Assembly (NCBI GenBank): GCA_951406725.2
Contig: OX597814.1
Span: 197,470,001 to 197,534,000, forward strand
Reading direction: 5' to 3'
Source: Octopus vulgaris
Lineage: Eukaryota
Length of the DNA stretch: 64,000 nt
Numbering within the stretch: position 1 is the stretch's first letter; every line of letters begins with the position of its first letter. Positions 52,161 through 64,000 of this stretch are shown piece by piece. Under the pieces are notes generated by a model. It was not told the origin of the DNA. It worked only from the letters and a program-made list of their open reading frames with translations, and did not search any database. A program made the position numbers and the translations under genes.

Positions 52161-52527
52161 AATATGGAACCTGAAGACTAAAACAATACCTGTTGTCGTA
52201 GGTGCCCTGGGAATGATAGCAAAAGGGGCTGATCGCTACCTAACTCAGATACCAGGAAACCCCAAAATGGCAGAAATTCAAAAGATAGTACTCATGGGAA
52301 CTGCTCATATCCTACGCAAAATACTTTCTTTGTAATCTCAAGTTTTAAAATCAAACATAAATTTCGTATGGTTTTTTAGGCATTCACTAGTACAACACTA
52401 AGTACAAAACCAAATATATGGCACCCTAGGCATAACACCAACATGAACTTCCAACTTGTTGTCTCTTGAGGTCTCTGGTTGAGACTTGGAACCAGCTTGT
52501 GCAAATGTAAAGCAAAAGTCAAGCATA
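52161..52527 (+). mobile_element. 5'-truncated R4/Dong-type retrotransposon (ORF end + 3'UTR) in (AAT)n
   Basis: IWNLKTKTIPVVVGALGMI..IQKIVLMGTAHILRKILSL*; AAT runs on both sides, consistent with the known TAA-microsatellite specificity of Dong. Confidence 0.85.
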
Positions 52528-52591
52528 TAATAATAATAATAATATCGAAAAATACCTTTGGAATGAGAACCTAGGTTCGAAATTTCCCCAA

Positions 52592-52637
52592 GACACCTGA
52601 TGAAGGCTGGAGGGTATATCAGCCGAAATGTAGTGTT
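52592..52637 (+). ncRNA. Minimal hammerhead in a short PLE-tail-like insert
   Basis: GACAC-CTGATGA-A GGCTG gagggtatat CAGCC-GAAA-TG-TA-GTGTT. Confidence 0.75.
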
Positions 52638-53869
52638 AACAACAAGGAAGATGAGGACAAATATCCGTTGAATGTAAATAATGTAGTAAATCATAATTTG
52701 ATTAGTTGATAGTATGATGTATAAAGGTTTGCTGCATAGAGATAGATTTGTGGTGAAGATGTTTACTTCACAACCATGTGGATATTGGTTCGACCCCACT
52801 GAGTGTCACTTTTAACAAGTGTCTTTTCACCAAAGCTCCTTATTTGCCGTTATGGTCAATGCAACTATCACATACTACACACCTTCCTTCCAAGCACAGC
52901 TAGAAACAGCGGAAGTGAGCTAGAACGTTAAAACTTAGTGCACATGCGCAGCAGAGATCAAGGTCAATCTGTACCGAGCGGATTGACTCGGCCCACTTTA
53001 GCTTCGTTACTATGGCCCCAGTCTTGATACTTATTGATCATACCAAATATATGTATATATCTATATATATGCATATACATATATATACATACACGTGAGT
53101 ATGTGCGTGTGTATGATTCTAACGATATATATATATATATATGTGCGGGAGCATGCTTGCATGTGTGTTTCTACTAGGGATAAGAGGTAAAATACTTGCC
53201 GTGCCGTAAGATCAAATCCGATACCTCTTCGTTGCTAAGATAACAGTGTTAGCCAAACAGCTATGTCCGTGTTTATTTGTTTCAACGCAGAATTTCAAAT
53301 AACATATATATATAAACGTTAATAAAAGAAATATTCTCTCTTATTTTATCTACAATTATTTTCGCCATAATTGTATTAGCATTTCTTTACGAAGTTCAGA
53401 TGCCTCTGTCTGATGATCGTCGGTCAAATAAACATATCATAAACATATTGTTTTGTCATACCAGACTGTCGTCATGTACTGTACATTCTCATTTACTATA
53501 TTAGTTTTATTTCCCATTTTCTTTTTATTTTCCGTATTTCTTAATTAATTACAAACAGGAAATTAGTTTTGGAACATGCTGGCAATATTCTGCTAAACTA
53601 TCACGTGGTCTTTTATTCTTTTACTGGTCGAAGTCATTGAACTTGCAACGAGGCTAGGGCATCGCCTCCGGCTTAATTTTATCTTCATTTATTTTTCTAT
53701 TTTCTTCTGTCAACTCTCTATCAACCCGAGTACTTATAATGCTGCTCATAATATCGATTTCTGAATATCGAATTCATACCTTCACCTTTCTTCTGTATAT
53801 CTATAAAATCACAAGATATCTATTTATACACGTTTACAACGGTATTCTTATATTCTTTCATTCTTCTAT

Positions 53870-54070
53870 TCTTTTACTTGTTTCAGTCATTTGACTGCGG
53901 GTATGCTGGAGTGCCGCCTTTAGTCGAACAAATCGACACCCAGGACTTATTCTTTGTAAGCCTAGCACTTATTCTATCGGCCACTTTTGCTGAACCGCTA
54001 AGTTACGGGGACGTAAGCGTACCAACGTCGGTTGTCAAGTGATGGTAGGGGGACAAACACAGACACACAA

Positions 54071-54126
<56 letters not shown>

Positions 54127-54288
54127 GAAGGGCTTCTTTCAGTTTCCGTCTACCAAATCAACTCACAAAGCTTTGGTCGACCCGAGGCTAGAGTAGAAGA
54201 CACTTGCCCAAAGTGCTACGCAGTGGGACTGAACTCGGAACCATGTGGCTGGTAAGCAAGCTACTTACCACACAGCCACTCCTGCTCC
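53870..54288 (-). mobile_element. SINE family A, full copy
   Basis: Head-to-tail homology. Confidence 0.85.
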
Positions 54289-54708
54289 TATATATATACA
54301 TATATATATATGTTTTTTGCTATGTTATATAAGTGACAGAATGACTCAAGGGCCGAGTGTTTCGTTCGTGAGTTAGCACTTCTCAATAACTCATATATTG
54401 AGTTCAAGTTTTCCTGTTTGCATCGCCAAACTTGTACAAATTTATGTTGGTATATGCAGTTATGTACTGTGACTATGTCATTGTGTGTGTGTCTATGTGT
54501 GTGTACAGAAGCACTAAATACCGCGTTCGTCTATCAAATGTAAATTTTACTTTATTTTTAAAATAGAAATTTTAGAATTTAATTAACATTTTGGCATCCA
54601 TCTTTTGAGAAATAAATGTTTTAAACAACGATTCGGCTGTCCCAGATAACAATATATATATATATACAGTTACATTTGCTCTCACACATGCTCTCACGTA
54701 AACTTAAA

Positions 54709-54758
<50 letters not shown>

Positions 54759-55416
54759 TTATATATTGTTGACGTCAAAATAAATTACTTACAAAACGTT
54801 ATTAGAATATTTGTTACCTTCTAAACATCTTTCTTAATTAGTACATCACTGATTGTTTACTCTAGAAAATATCCAACAAATGTTATATGTGTGCGCTCAC
54901 ATGTGTGTTTCTTTGTGTGTGTGGCTGTGTGTGAGTATGTATTTTCTTTTCTGTATTGAATTATTTGAAGTTTCCCTCTCGGGAAGAAACTGGTTTCTAA
55001 CAAAGATAGAAAGCTACATCACTGGAATGTAGACAACGTAAACAATGTTACATTTTAAACTTAAGGAAAGTTTTGCATACTTTTACTGTTCCACTTATAG
55101 ATTGAATTTGTAATGTGCGACTTAGTTGGTTGATTTTCTTTTCCTAAATATCCTAGCTTATCCAGATTGTCACTTAGGTATTTATTTATAAAAAACCAAG
55201 TGCATAAATTATTGATATAAGTGGGAATTATAATCTGGATATAGAAGTTGAAAGATTCGAAGTAGTTGTCTATATTTATCTTATGTATGTATAGATATAC
55301 ATACATGCATAAGATGTATGTATGTATGTATGTATGTATGAATGTATGTATGTATGTATGTAATTTATAAATAATGTTTAACACGTACAAAAAGCCTCTT
55401 TGGGGTGTGTACTGAA

Positions 55417-55452
55417 CTGACTAGTTTCATATCCATGTAAGCCTCATCAGAG
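55417..55452 (-). ncRNA. Degenerate minimal hammerhead
   Basis: Minus: CT-CTGATGA-GGCTTACATGGATAT-GAAA-CTAG-TC-AG; palindrome ACTAGT, GUC triplet; stems eroded. Confidence 0.5.
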
Positions 55453-55956
55453 ATCGCTTATCTCTCCTTTCAGCCGCAGGGGTTGCCAAAGCTGAGAAAC
55501 TTGCAACTGCTTCTTATAGAAAATTTCAGCAAAATTATGACAGATATAATTTACGTAATTAGCAGATAGTTAGCGTTCGAGCATTAATAACCATAGTATT
55601 AAAGCAGATTATCACAAAGACATAATCTATGTCTCTCAAACTTTTGTATATTTGTATACGTTCTTATTCTTAAGCATACCGTGGTTGTGCTATTAGTAAG
55701 CAAAGAACTGCTAGAAATGACAATCAAATCTCATTCAAATCACACTTCGCCACCGTCCAAAAATGAAGGTATAATGTTATGTAGCATTACATATAAGTTA
55801 TTGAGATTGTCGTGGTTGGATTGTCTTTGATCAAGGTCTGCTGAATCAGGGCTGAACTGCGAATAAATGCGAACTAATTGTTCTGATGCCGCGCTATCCA
55901 TTTGCGGTTCTGTCTATCTATCTATCTATCTATCTATTTATCTATCTATCTATCTG

Positions 55957-55987
<31 letters not shown>

Positions 55988-56139
55988 GTCTGTCTGTCTG
56001 TCTGTCTGTCTGCCTGCCTCTCAAACTGGACCCCCTTCTCTCTTTCTCTCTCTTTCCCTCTAATTCTCTCTATCACTGTCCGCGCTCTCTCTCTCTCTCT
56101 CTCTCCCTCTTCGCCTTTCTATATCACTCTAACTGCCCG

Positions 56140-56172
<33 letters not shown>

Positions 56173-56766
56173 CCTCTCTCTATCTCTCTCATTCTGTCAA
56201 TCTATTTGTCTGATGGCATGGGGGAATGTGTTACTTAGGGTCTTAGTCAAGACACGGTAAAGCGACAGAGAGACACACTTGTCAGCTGTCTATCTCAACC
56301 ATAATTACTGTCTTTATATAAACAAATGGTTTCACAGTGACAGAAACGCATAAATGGGAGAGTCATATGACGTGTGCCGTTCCTTCAAAAATATTACCCA
56401 CTTAACGGAAGGGGGAAAATAACACAATTTCACTATCAAAAATGGATGTCAAAATCCGGTCTTCTTGAGTTCATATAATCTTTATGACTCTCATGTTTTC
56501 TACGCTGTTTATTCATGCTACAATAAAAAGTCGAAAGTTGAAATTTTGTTGCTAGCAGTTGAGTTTTCAATCAAACCAAGGAAGTTGTTTCCATAGAATT
56601 TTCAAATTGCTGACACAATCTGTCGATCACAAATTTTGGCAGATGCGTCGAGATTTTTCAACTCAAAATTTTCAAGAACAGACACTGCTAGGAATCTTTT
56701 CCCATGATCCAAGAATCCAGCTAATCTGCCACTTTTAACTAATATTTTTATCTCAAATGCATGTAA

Positions 56767-57166
56767 GGCGCAGGAGTGGCTGTGTGGTAAGTAGCATGCT
56801 AACCAACCACATGGTTCCGGGTTCAGTCCCACTGCGTGGCATCTTGGGCAAGTGTCTTCTGCTATAGCCCCGGTCCGACCAATGCCTTCTGAGTGGATTT
56901 GGTAGACGGAAACTGAAAGAAGCTTGTCGTATATATGTATATATATGTGTGTGTGTTTGTGTGTCTGTGTTTGTTCCCCTAGCATTGCTTGACAACCGAT
57001 GCTGGTGTGTTTACGTCCCCGTCACCTAGCGGTTCGGCAAAAAGAAACCGATAGAATAAGTACTGGGCTTACAAAAAGAATAAGTCCCGGGGTCGAGCTG
57101 CTCTACTAAAGGCGGTGCTCCAGCCTGGCCGCAGTCAAATGACTGAAACAAGTAAAAGAGTAAAAG
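56767..57166 (+). mobile_element. SINE family A, full copy
   Basis: GGCGCAGGAGTGGCTGTGTGG head to (AGTAAAAG)n tail. Confidence 0.88.
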
Positions 57167-58362
57167 AGAGAGAAAAGAGAGTAAGGTAAATTTGACCTCA
57201 GCAGAGTTTGAACTAAGAGCGTAGAGAGCTAGAACAAATACCGCCGGTCATCCTAGTACTGTAACGACTATGCCACTTCGCCAACAATATGGTATTAAAG
57301 TTAAATCTTTCCCCAACAAGATGTCAGTGATAAACGAATCATTTATCTGTGGTCAAGCAGAAATGAAGCAGCGATGATTGTTGGTAAAAGGATTACATTG
57401 TCATTTATAGTGTCCCTTTCCTCGTTCATCACTGATTCATTCGTGACTGATCCCGGATAACTAGGTACACTAATTCGCTTATCACGAATTGATTTATGGT
57501 AACAAATCTATGTTTAGCCCCTTGTGGGCAATAAAGAAATAAGAATCCTTAGCACGCTGGGGAAAATACTTTGCGGCATGCCGTCTGTCTTTAAGCGCTG
57601 GGTTCAAATTCCGCCGAAGCTCACTTTACCTGTCGTCTTTTCAGGGCCGATAAAATAACTACCAGTTGAACATTGGGGTCGATGTAATCGACTTACTCCC
57701 TGTCCTTAAAATAATGGCCCTGTAAAACAAAATTCGAAATCAATATTATATCACATATATTGAATTATATAAGATAGACTGTTACTCGTTCTGCGATGTG
57801 TGCCTCTCAAAACATGAATCCGAAAATATTCGATTAATCGTCAGATCGGTATATAAAACTTGGAATATTATTTTCCTTTCGTTTCCGCTTTTCTTTTTAT
57901 ATTTCCTATATCTTAAAAATACTTACTTTTCCTGTTTGTGTGTGTTTTTTGTTTTTTTTTTTGTTTGTTTGTTTTTGTTTTTTTTTGTCTTTTTACTTTC
58001 GTACTCTGAGGAGAGTAAAATAAAATATTCATCAGATAGGAATGGGAAAATTTAAGTAATATCTCGTCAGCTTTTTGAGAAGGATTTGTTTTTTTCTTTT
58101 TTTCAACACACCGATTCTAGCTATCCCAGTTTTATAAGCACACATTTAAATAGGGAAATATATATGTATACACACGTACATACACAAATATATGCGTATG
58201 TGTGTGTAAAAAACCACACGCATACACACACGCATACATACTTACATACATACAGACAGACATGTATACAGATATTCCTATACGCATGCGTGTGTTTATA
58301 AAACCACACACATACATACAAACATACATAAAAATATTTGAGAGAGTGTGTGTGTATGTGTG

Positions 58363-58411
<49 letters not shown>

Positions 58412-59181
58412 CGTACATTACTTGTAATGTCGAAGAGTAAGCAAATTAACCACAATTTTAATTATATACAAACATTATTAGAAAAGTCGAGTTAGTCGGT
58501 CAACTTCTAAGTATATTTCTTAATTAGTATATTATTGACAATTTCACTGCAGAAATCATCCATCAGACTGTATTGATTTCTTTCTTTCTTTCCTTCTTTT
58601 TTTTTTCTTTTTTTTTTTGGTACAACAGGAAATGTCTGCTTAAATATCATCATTCTACAGTAAGTGTTCCATTTCCCTACAGTACTCAGTGGATGTTTGT
58701 TTAGTTATTGCTGTCAGATTTTTTTTTTATGAAGTATATTGAATGATGCTGTGTGGGTCGCTAAAGCATTTTTATCGTTGTCTATTAAATTATATAAAAT
58801 AATGAAATAATTATATAAAAAACTTTAAGCAATGCAAGTGGGAAATTAGGTAAAATATTTTAGGTGATACCAATAGATTTAAGCACAAGATTTTATATTA
58901 CCATTCTTGGGTTGTTTAATACTTCTGAAATATTTCGGGAATGATTCACCTTGTCAAATATGTCCTTATGTTTTATCTTTTATTTGTATCAATCACTGAA
59001 CCGTGGTCATATTAGAGCACCAACTAAAGAATTATAGCCGTACAAATCCGTTTAAGTACATCTTTTTAACTTTGGTACTTATATTATAGGTCACTTTGGC
59101 AAGTCACTTACGGGGATGTAAACAAACCAACACCAGTTGTCAAGTGGTGGGGAAAAAAGGCACAAGGCACAAATTCATGTA

Positions 59182-59212
<31 letters not shown>

Positions 59213-59483
59213 GCAGCAGGATCAGACTTTCACATAGTTTCCGTATACCAAATTCATTCTCAAGGCATTAATCACCTCGAAGTTATAGTAGAAGACAATT
59301 ATTCGAAGTGCAGTGGGTTTTAACCCGAAACCACGTACTTACAAAACAAGCTCCTTAACCACCCACCCTTTATTTCTGATCTGAAATTATCTGAAGAGAG
59401 TAGTGGCGTATTTTTTGTTGACATATTGTTCCAACTGCCTCTACATTCTGCTTGGCACATAGGCTAAAATAATTTTATTACTA

Positions 59484-59692
59484 CACTAACACCTCAGCTA
59501 TCGCGGGTGTTACGTTCCCAAAAAAAACCGCGATAGGCGAAAATCCGCGAAGTCAAAACAGTACGGTACTGTACATTTATTTTTTTTTTTTTAGTAATTT
59601 GCATATATTTATTTTATTATAAATGCAAGACAATACATCGGAGGAATCGACATAAGCTTAAATAATAAACCGCGATAATGCAAGGGATTACA
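59484..59692. mobile_element. pogo/Tigger-like MITE
   Basis: Imperfect TIRs CACTAACACCTCAGCTATCGCGG / CCGCGATAATGCAAGGGATTACA. Confidence 0.55.
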
Positions 59693-60317
59693 ATATTTTG
59701 TTTTACACGTTTCAGCTACGCAACGGCGGTCATGTGTGTGTGTATGTGTGTGTGTGTATGTATGTATGTATGTATGTATGTATGTATGTATGTATGTATG
59801 TATGTATGTATGTACATATGTACGTACGTGTTTTTTTTACTTACCATGCCTTCGAAACTAGAATTCATAAATAAATATTTCTTAATGGGAAACAAAACAA
59901 GCAACGCATCAGAAATACCAAAATAGATGCACACTGTTATGTTACAAGCTTCTATGAATATCTAAATAGCAAGCTAACCATCGGGAATATTATATTATAA
60001 TATATACAATGTATATTATAGCAACTGACCGTTCAGTTTGATAATGATGTTACGCTAGAAACTATATCGAAGTAACCATTATTATTTCGTTGGTCTTTTT
60101 GTATTTCAGTAGTTTATACAAATTCACAATGTTTAGTGTGTGTGAGAGAGAGAGATTGTTTGTGTCATGGGATCTACAAAATTTCATACCAAGGATTAAC
60201 GAGTATATATGTCAATGTGAATGTAAATATGTGTGTGCGTGTGTATAAGTGAGTGTATGATATACACATACGTACACTAAGTATACACTCTTTCTCTCTC
60301 TCCATCTCTCTCACTCC

Positions 60318-60350
<33 letters not shown>

Positions 60351-60569
60351 CATATAGATAGATAGATGGATAGATGTACAGATATACCAGGTAAACTATA
60401 TATACAAGTGTGTGTATTTGTATATGTTTGTATATACATGTTTATATATATATATGTGTGTGTGTGTGTGAATGTATGTATGTGTGTTTGTATACAAATA
60501 TATAAATATACTACATATACATACACACATTTATAAATGTGTGTTCATGAATATGCGCGCTTACGTGTG

Positions 60570-60602
<33 letters not shown>

Positions 60603-62459
60603 ATGTGATGACTAAGTTTTCCTTGGTTCAACGTCTTCCATATCCGAATACCAGACAAAACCAAACTGAAATGGTCAGCTCAAACGATCACCTCTGATTC
60701 TCCAATATGCCAATATCTATTAACGATAATTCAACTAACAATGATTAATCGCTTGTTTAGGATAATACTCACTTGGTTTATGTTACGCCGACTGGAAATG
60801 ATAAAACGATGGGTTAAAGAGCTCCGAGACACAACTCAAACACTATCACAGATTCTCAACCAAATGGTCAGATAATTTTTACAATGTCTTCTTTGAAGAG
60901 AAATGATAAAAGTGTGCAGCTCTTTCACCATACAATGACATGGTAATTGACATATTATAAATTTCAATATTGATGTATTTGCTCATCTCTAGAGGTTAAG
61001 CACAGTTATATATCAAATGATATAAGCGTAATATTAAAATAGGATTGTGTCTTCTCCTAGGCTGCGTGTTAAAGGCCAAGATATTATCGTCTAATATTAT
61101 TCTGGATTATTAACCAATTGTTTCCATGTGGATATTTTCAATACCAAGTTTTGATCAGTCTGTTCTCTAAATGCCTTTCAATGTTCAAAATGCCTTGCTG
61201 CGGCTGTTTACTATTAACGAAGCCAAACAGTAAAAAAAATATATTTCTTCATTTTCGTCATCATCATTATCATTGTCATTATCGTCATCATCGCCGTCGT
61301 CATCATCATCGTCGTTATCATCGTCGTCATCATCATCATCGTCATCCTCATTATTGTCAACCACCGGACAATTTTGTCTCGAGTCTAAGGACACGTTACC
61401 GGTTACCCGGTTTCTATAACTGACCAAGATCACAACGTCTCCCACACCTGGACGAGACGCCAGTCACTTGCAGTGTCACTCATTTACATCCAGGGAGACT
61501 GCAGGTAACATTAAAGGAAGTATTTTGCTCTAAAATTCAAACCATCACCTCTTCCGGGAATCGAAAACACAATCTACCGAACACGAGTGCAAAACCCTAA
61601 TTACTAGGCCACTTCACTTAAGATATATTTCGCTAGTCATGAAATGTTCGTTTTGAATTCCTGTAGTTCAGCTTCCGTCCTCATTTCGAGAAGCAATGGT
61701 AATGCATTTTTACTACAGCTTTAGTTCGAGAATGTTTCAAAAACAGAAACTCCGATTTCGTAGAAGATATGCATCGATGCACACATACATACACACACGT
61801 GTGTGTGCGCTCGCGCAAGTATGTTGTATGTATATCCCCTGCTATTTCGTATTTTCCGTCTGTCTGTCTGTTTGCCCCCATCGGTCTCTCTCTTTCGTGC
61901 GATGACCTCCCCTCGCAAATGCTAATCGGACACAGAACGTGTGTCGTGTGTGGGTGACTATAGAAGAACACACTTGCCCAAGGTGCCACGGAGTGGGACC
62001 GAACGCGAAATTACTTTGTAGCAAAACGAGCTTTATAGCCACACAGCCATGCATGTACATACAGAATGTAAAATCTAGGTATTTAGAAATCCGGGGATTT
62101 TTTGATATTTTGGAGGATTCCGAGAACAATCAAATTTAAATAACTTTTGTTAATTTAATCATGAAAAATCGTTAATGAAATAAGAATATCTATTAAATTC
62201 GAACATTGCATATCAACTCTTAATTAGGTTATTGATATTTCGTGCATGGGCAATAATCATTATCAGCCGCACCACTCCCATCGATAAGCATTCTTCCGAA
62301 TATATTAATTGAAATTGAATATACTTTGATCATATGAGATGGATTGTGTGTAGGCATGTGTGGGTGTATGTGTGGGGGGTCCGCGTGCGTGTGTTTAAGT
62401 GTTAAACATTACACATATCACTCCCCAAAAAATAAATATGCCGCACAATACTGCACAAG

Positions 62460-62630
62460 AAATATATATATATGTATGTATGTATATGTATGTATTTATG
62501 TGTGTATATATATATGTGTGTATTTATGTGTGTATATATATATATATGTGTATTTATGTGTGTGTATATATAGATGTGTATTTATGTATATATAGATGTG
62601 TATTTATGTATGTATATATATGTGTGTATT

Positions 62631-62670
<40 letters not shown>

Positions 62671-62930
62671 AATTTATGTGTATATATATATATGAATTTA
62701 TGTGTATGTATATATATATGAATTTATGTGTATGTATATATATATATGCATTTATGTGTATGTATATATATATATATATATGTATTTATGTGTATGTATA
62801 TATATGTATATATATATTTATGTGTATATATATATATGTATTTATATGTCTGTATATATATATATGTATATATATATGCATTTATATGTGTGTGTATATA
62901 CATGTGTGTGTATATATATATATATATATA
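62460..62930. repeat. Compound TA/TG microsatellite (unit TATTTATGTGTATATATA..)
   Basis: Direct inspection. Confidence 0.9.
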
Positions 62931-63917
62931 CATTTTTATGTATTATATTATATCCGCATACAAACGATCCTCCATGCTTGTGTATGCATACACACATATA
63001 CTTGCATACATATACACGCGTACATATGTATATGCACATGTAAATATGTGTGAGAGTGTATTTGTATATCTGTGTGTGTGCGTGTGTGTGCGCGCGCGCG
63101 CGCGCGTGGTTATTCTATGTATGTGTATACAAGCACACAAACACGAGTGTGTGCGTATGTATTACACATAGGCACAGTAACATGCATTCATACACATATA
63201 TGCAAAGAAGCACAATAATATATACACATTAACATGCTATGGTTATGCACAGATGCATACTCGTGCACAGGGATGCATGCAAAAGGAGAATGCAATAAGA
63301 TTACAATCAACATTAAAGGATATTGCATAAGAATAATTTTTCTATCGGTTTCACAATTAACAGATGTAGTATCGTCACCAAGAAAACCTCAAAATGGCGG
63401 TGTTAAAAATCTGTCCATTAATATCATTATCTTTCCATGCACAGGAAATATGGTGTTACAATTACGTTATGCTGTATTTTTCCTTAAGGACCTGGTGACA
63501 TTCTTCTAAATTCGTTCACTCACATGGGTACATGTAGGCTTATCTTGGGCATTTATGCTTATGTAAGGTATATTCCTTTATTCTTTTAGTTGTACCAGTT
63601 TTTGACTGCAGCCATGCTGGAGCAACGCCTTTAGTCGAACAAACCGTCCCCAGGACTTATTCATTGTAAACCAAGCACTTATTTTCTATCGGTCTCTATT
63701 GCTGAACAGCTAAGTTACAAGGACATAAACACAACATCGGTTGGACACACAAACATATATGTATATACGACGGGCTTCTTTCAGTTTCCGTGTACCAAAC
63801 CCACTTACAAGTCCAGACCCGGAACCATGGGGTTGGGAAGCAAGCTTCTTATTACACATTATAACGTGTGTGTAGAATCTAGCAGTTATATAACATTATA
63901 TTGTATGCATAATACGA

Positions 63918-63958
<41 letters not shown>

Positions 63959-64000
63959 CAATAAGAAGATGGAGGGAATCATGAGGTGGTATTCATCAAC

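Noticed and set aside
56555-56735. Possible mariner N-terminal relic on minus strand
   Set aside because: Similarity too weak to support by eye
61185-61445. Poly-Asp / poly-His ORFs
   Set aside because: Degenerate (CAT/CGT)n trinucleotide repeat with no splice or domain support
1538-63232. Dozens of ORFs rich in YI/CV/HT/LS
   Set aside because: Translations of (TA)n, (TG)n, (CA)n, (CT)n and (TATG)n microsatellites or SINE bodies; not genes

Overview
AT-rich, microsatellite-saturated animal genomic DNA. The SINE families, (TA)n/(CA)n/(TATG)n density and LINE relics look like an octopus (coleoid cephalopod) intron or intergenic region; this assignment is from recognition and was not checked by search. 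The only long real ORF (12919-16446, 1175 aa) belongs to an apparently intact, young Penelope-like element (PLE): RT + Cys-linker + GIY-YIG, Neptune-type. It has 871-bp direct pseudo-LTRs (11981-12851 / 16253-17123), each carrying a CCAAT/TATA promoter and a minimal hammerhead ribozyme, and it sits in the internal (CA)/(TA) microsatellite of a SINE. About ten hammerhead or hammerhead-like motifs of different sequence families occur across the window, nearly all as hammerhead, then short tail, then microsatellite. One has a swapped G3:C8 catalytic core (34444-34494). The rest comprises at least three tRNA-type SINE families, decayed RTE, CR1, Tx1/L1 and R4/Dong LINE fragments, mariner/pogo relics and MITEs, several long fold-back palindromes at (TA)n, and one convincing isolated host exon (40038-40177). 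Almost all other listed ORFs are microsatellite or SINE artefacts.
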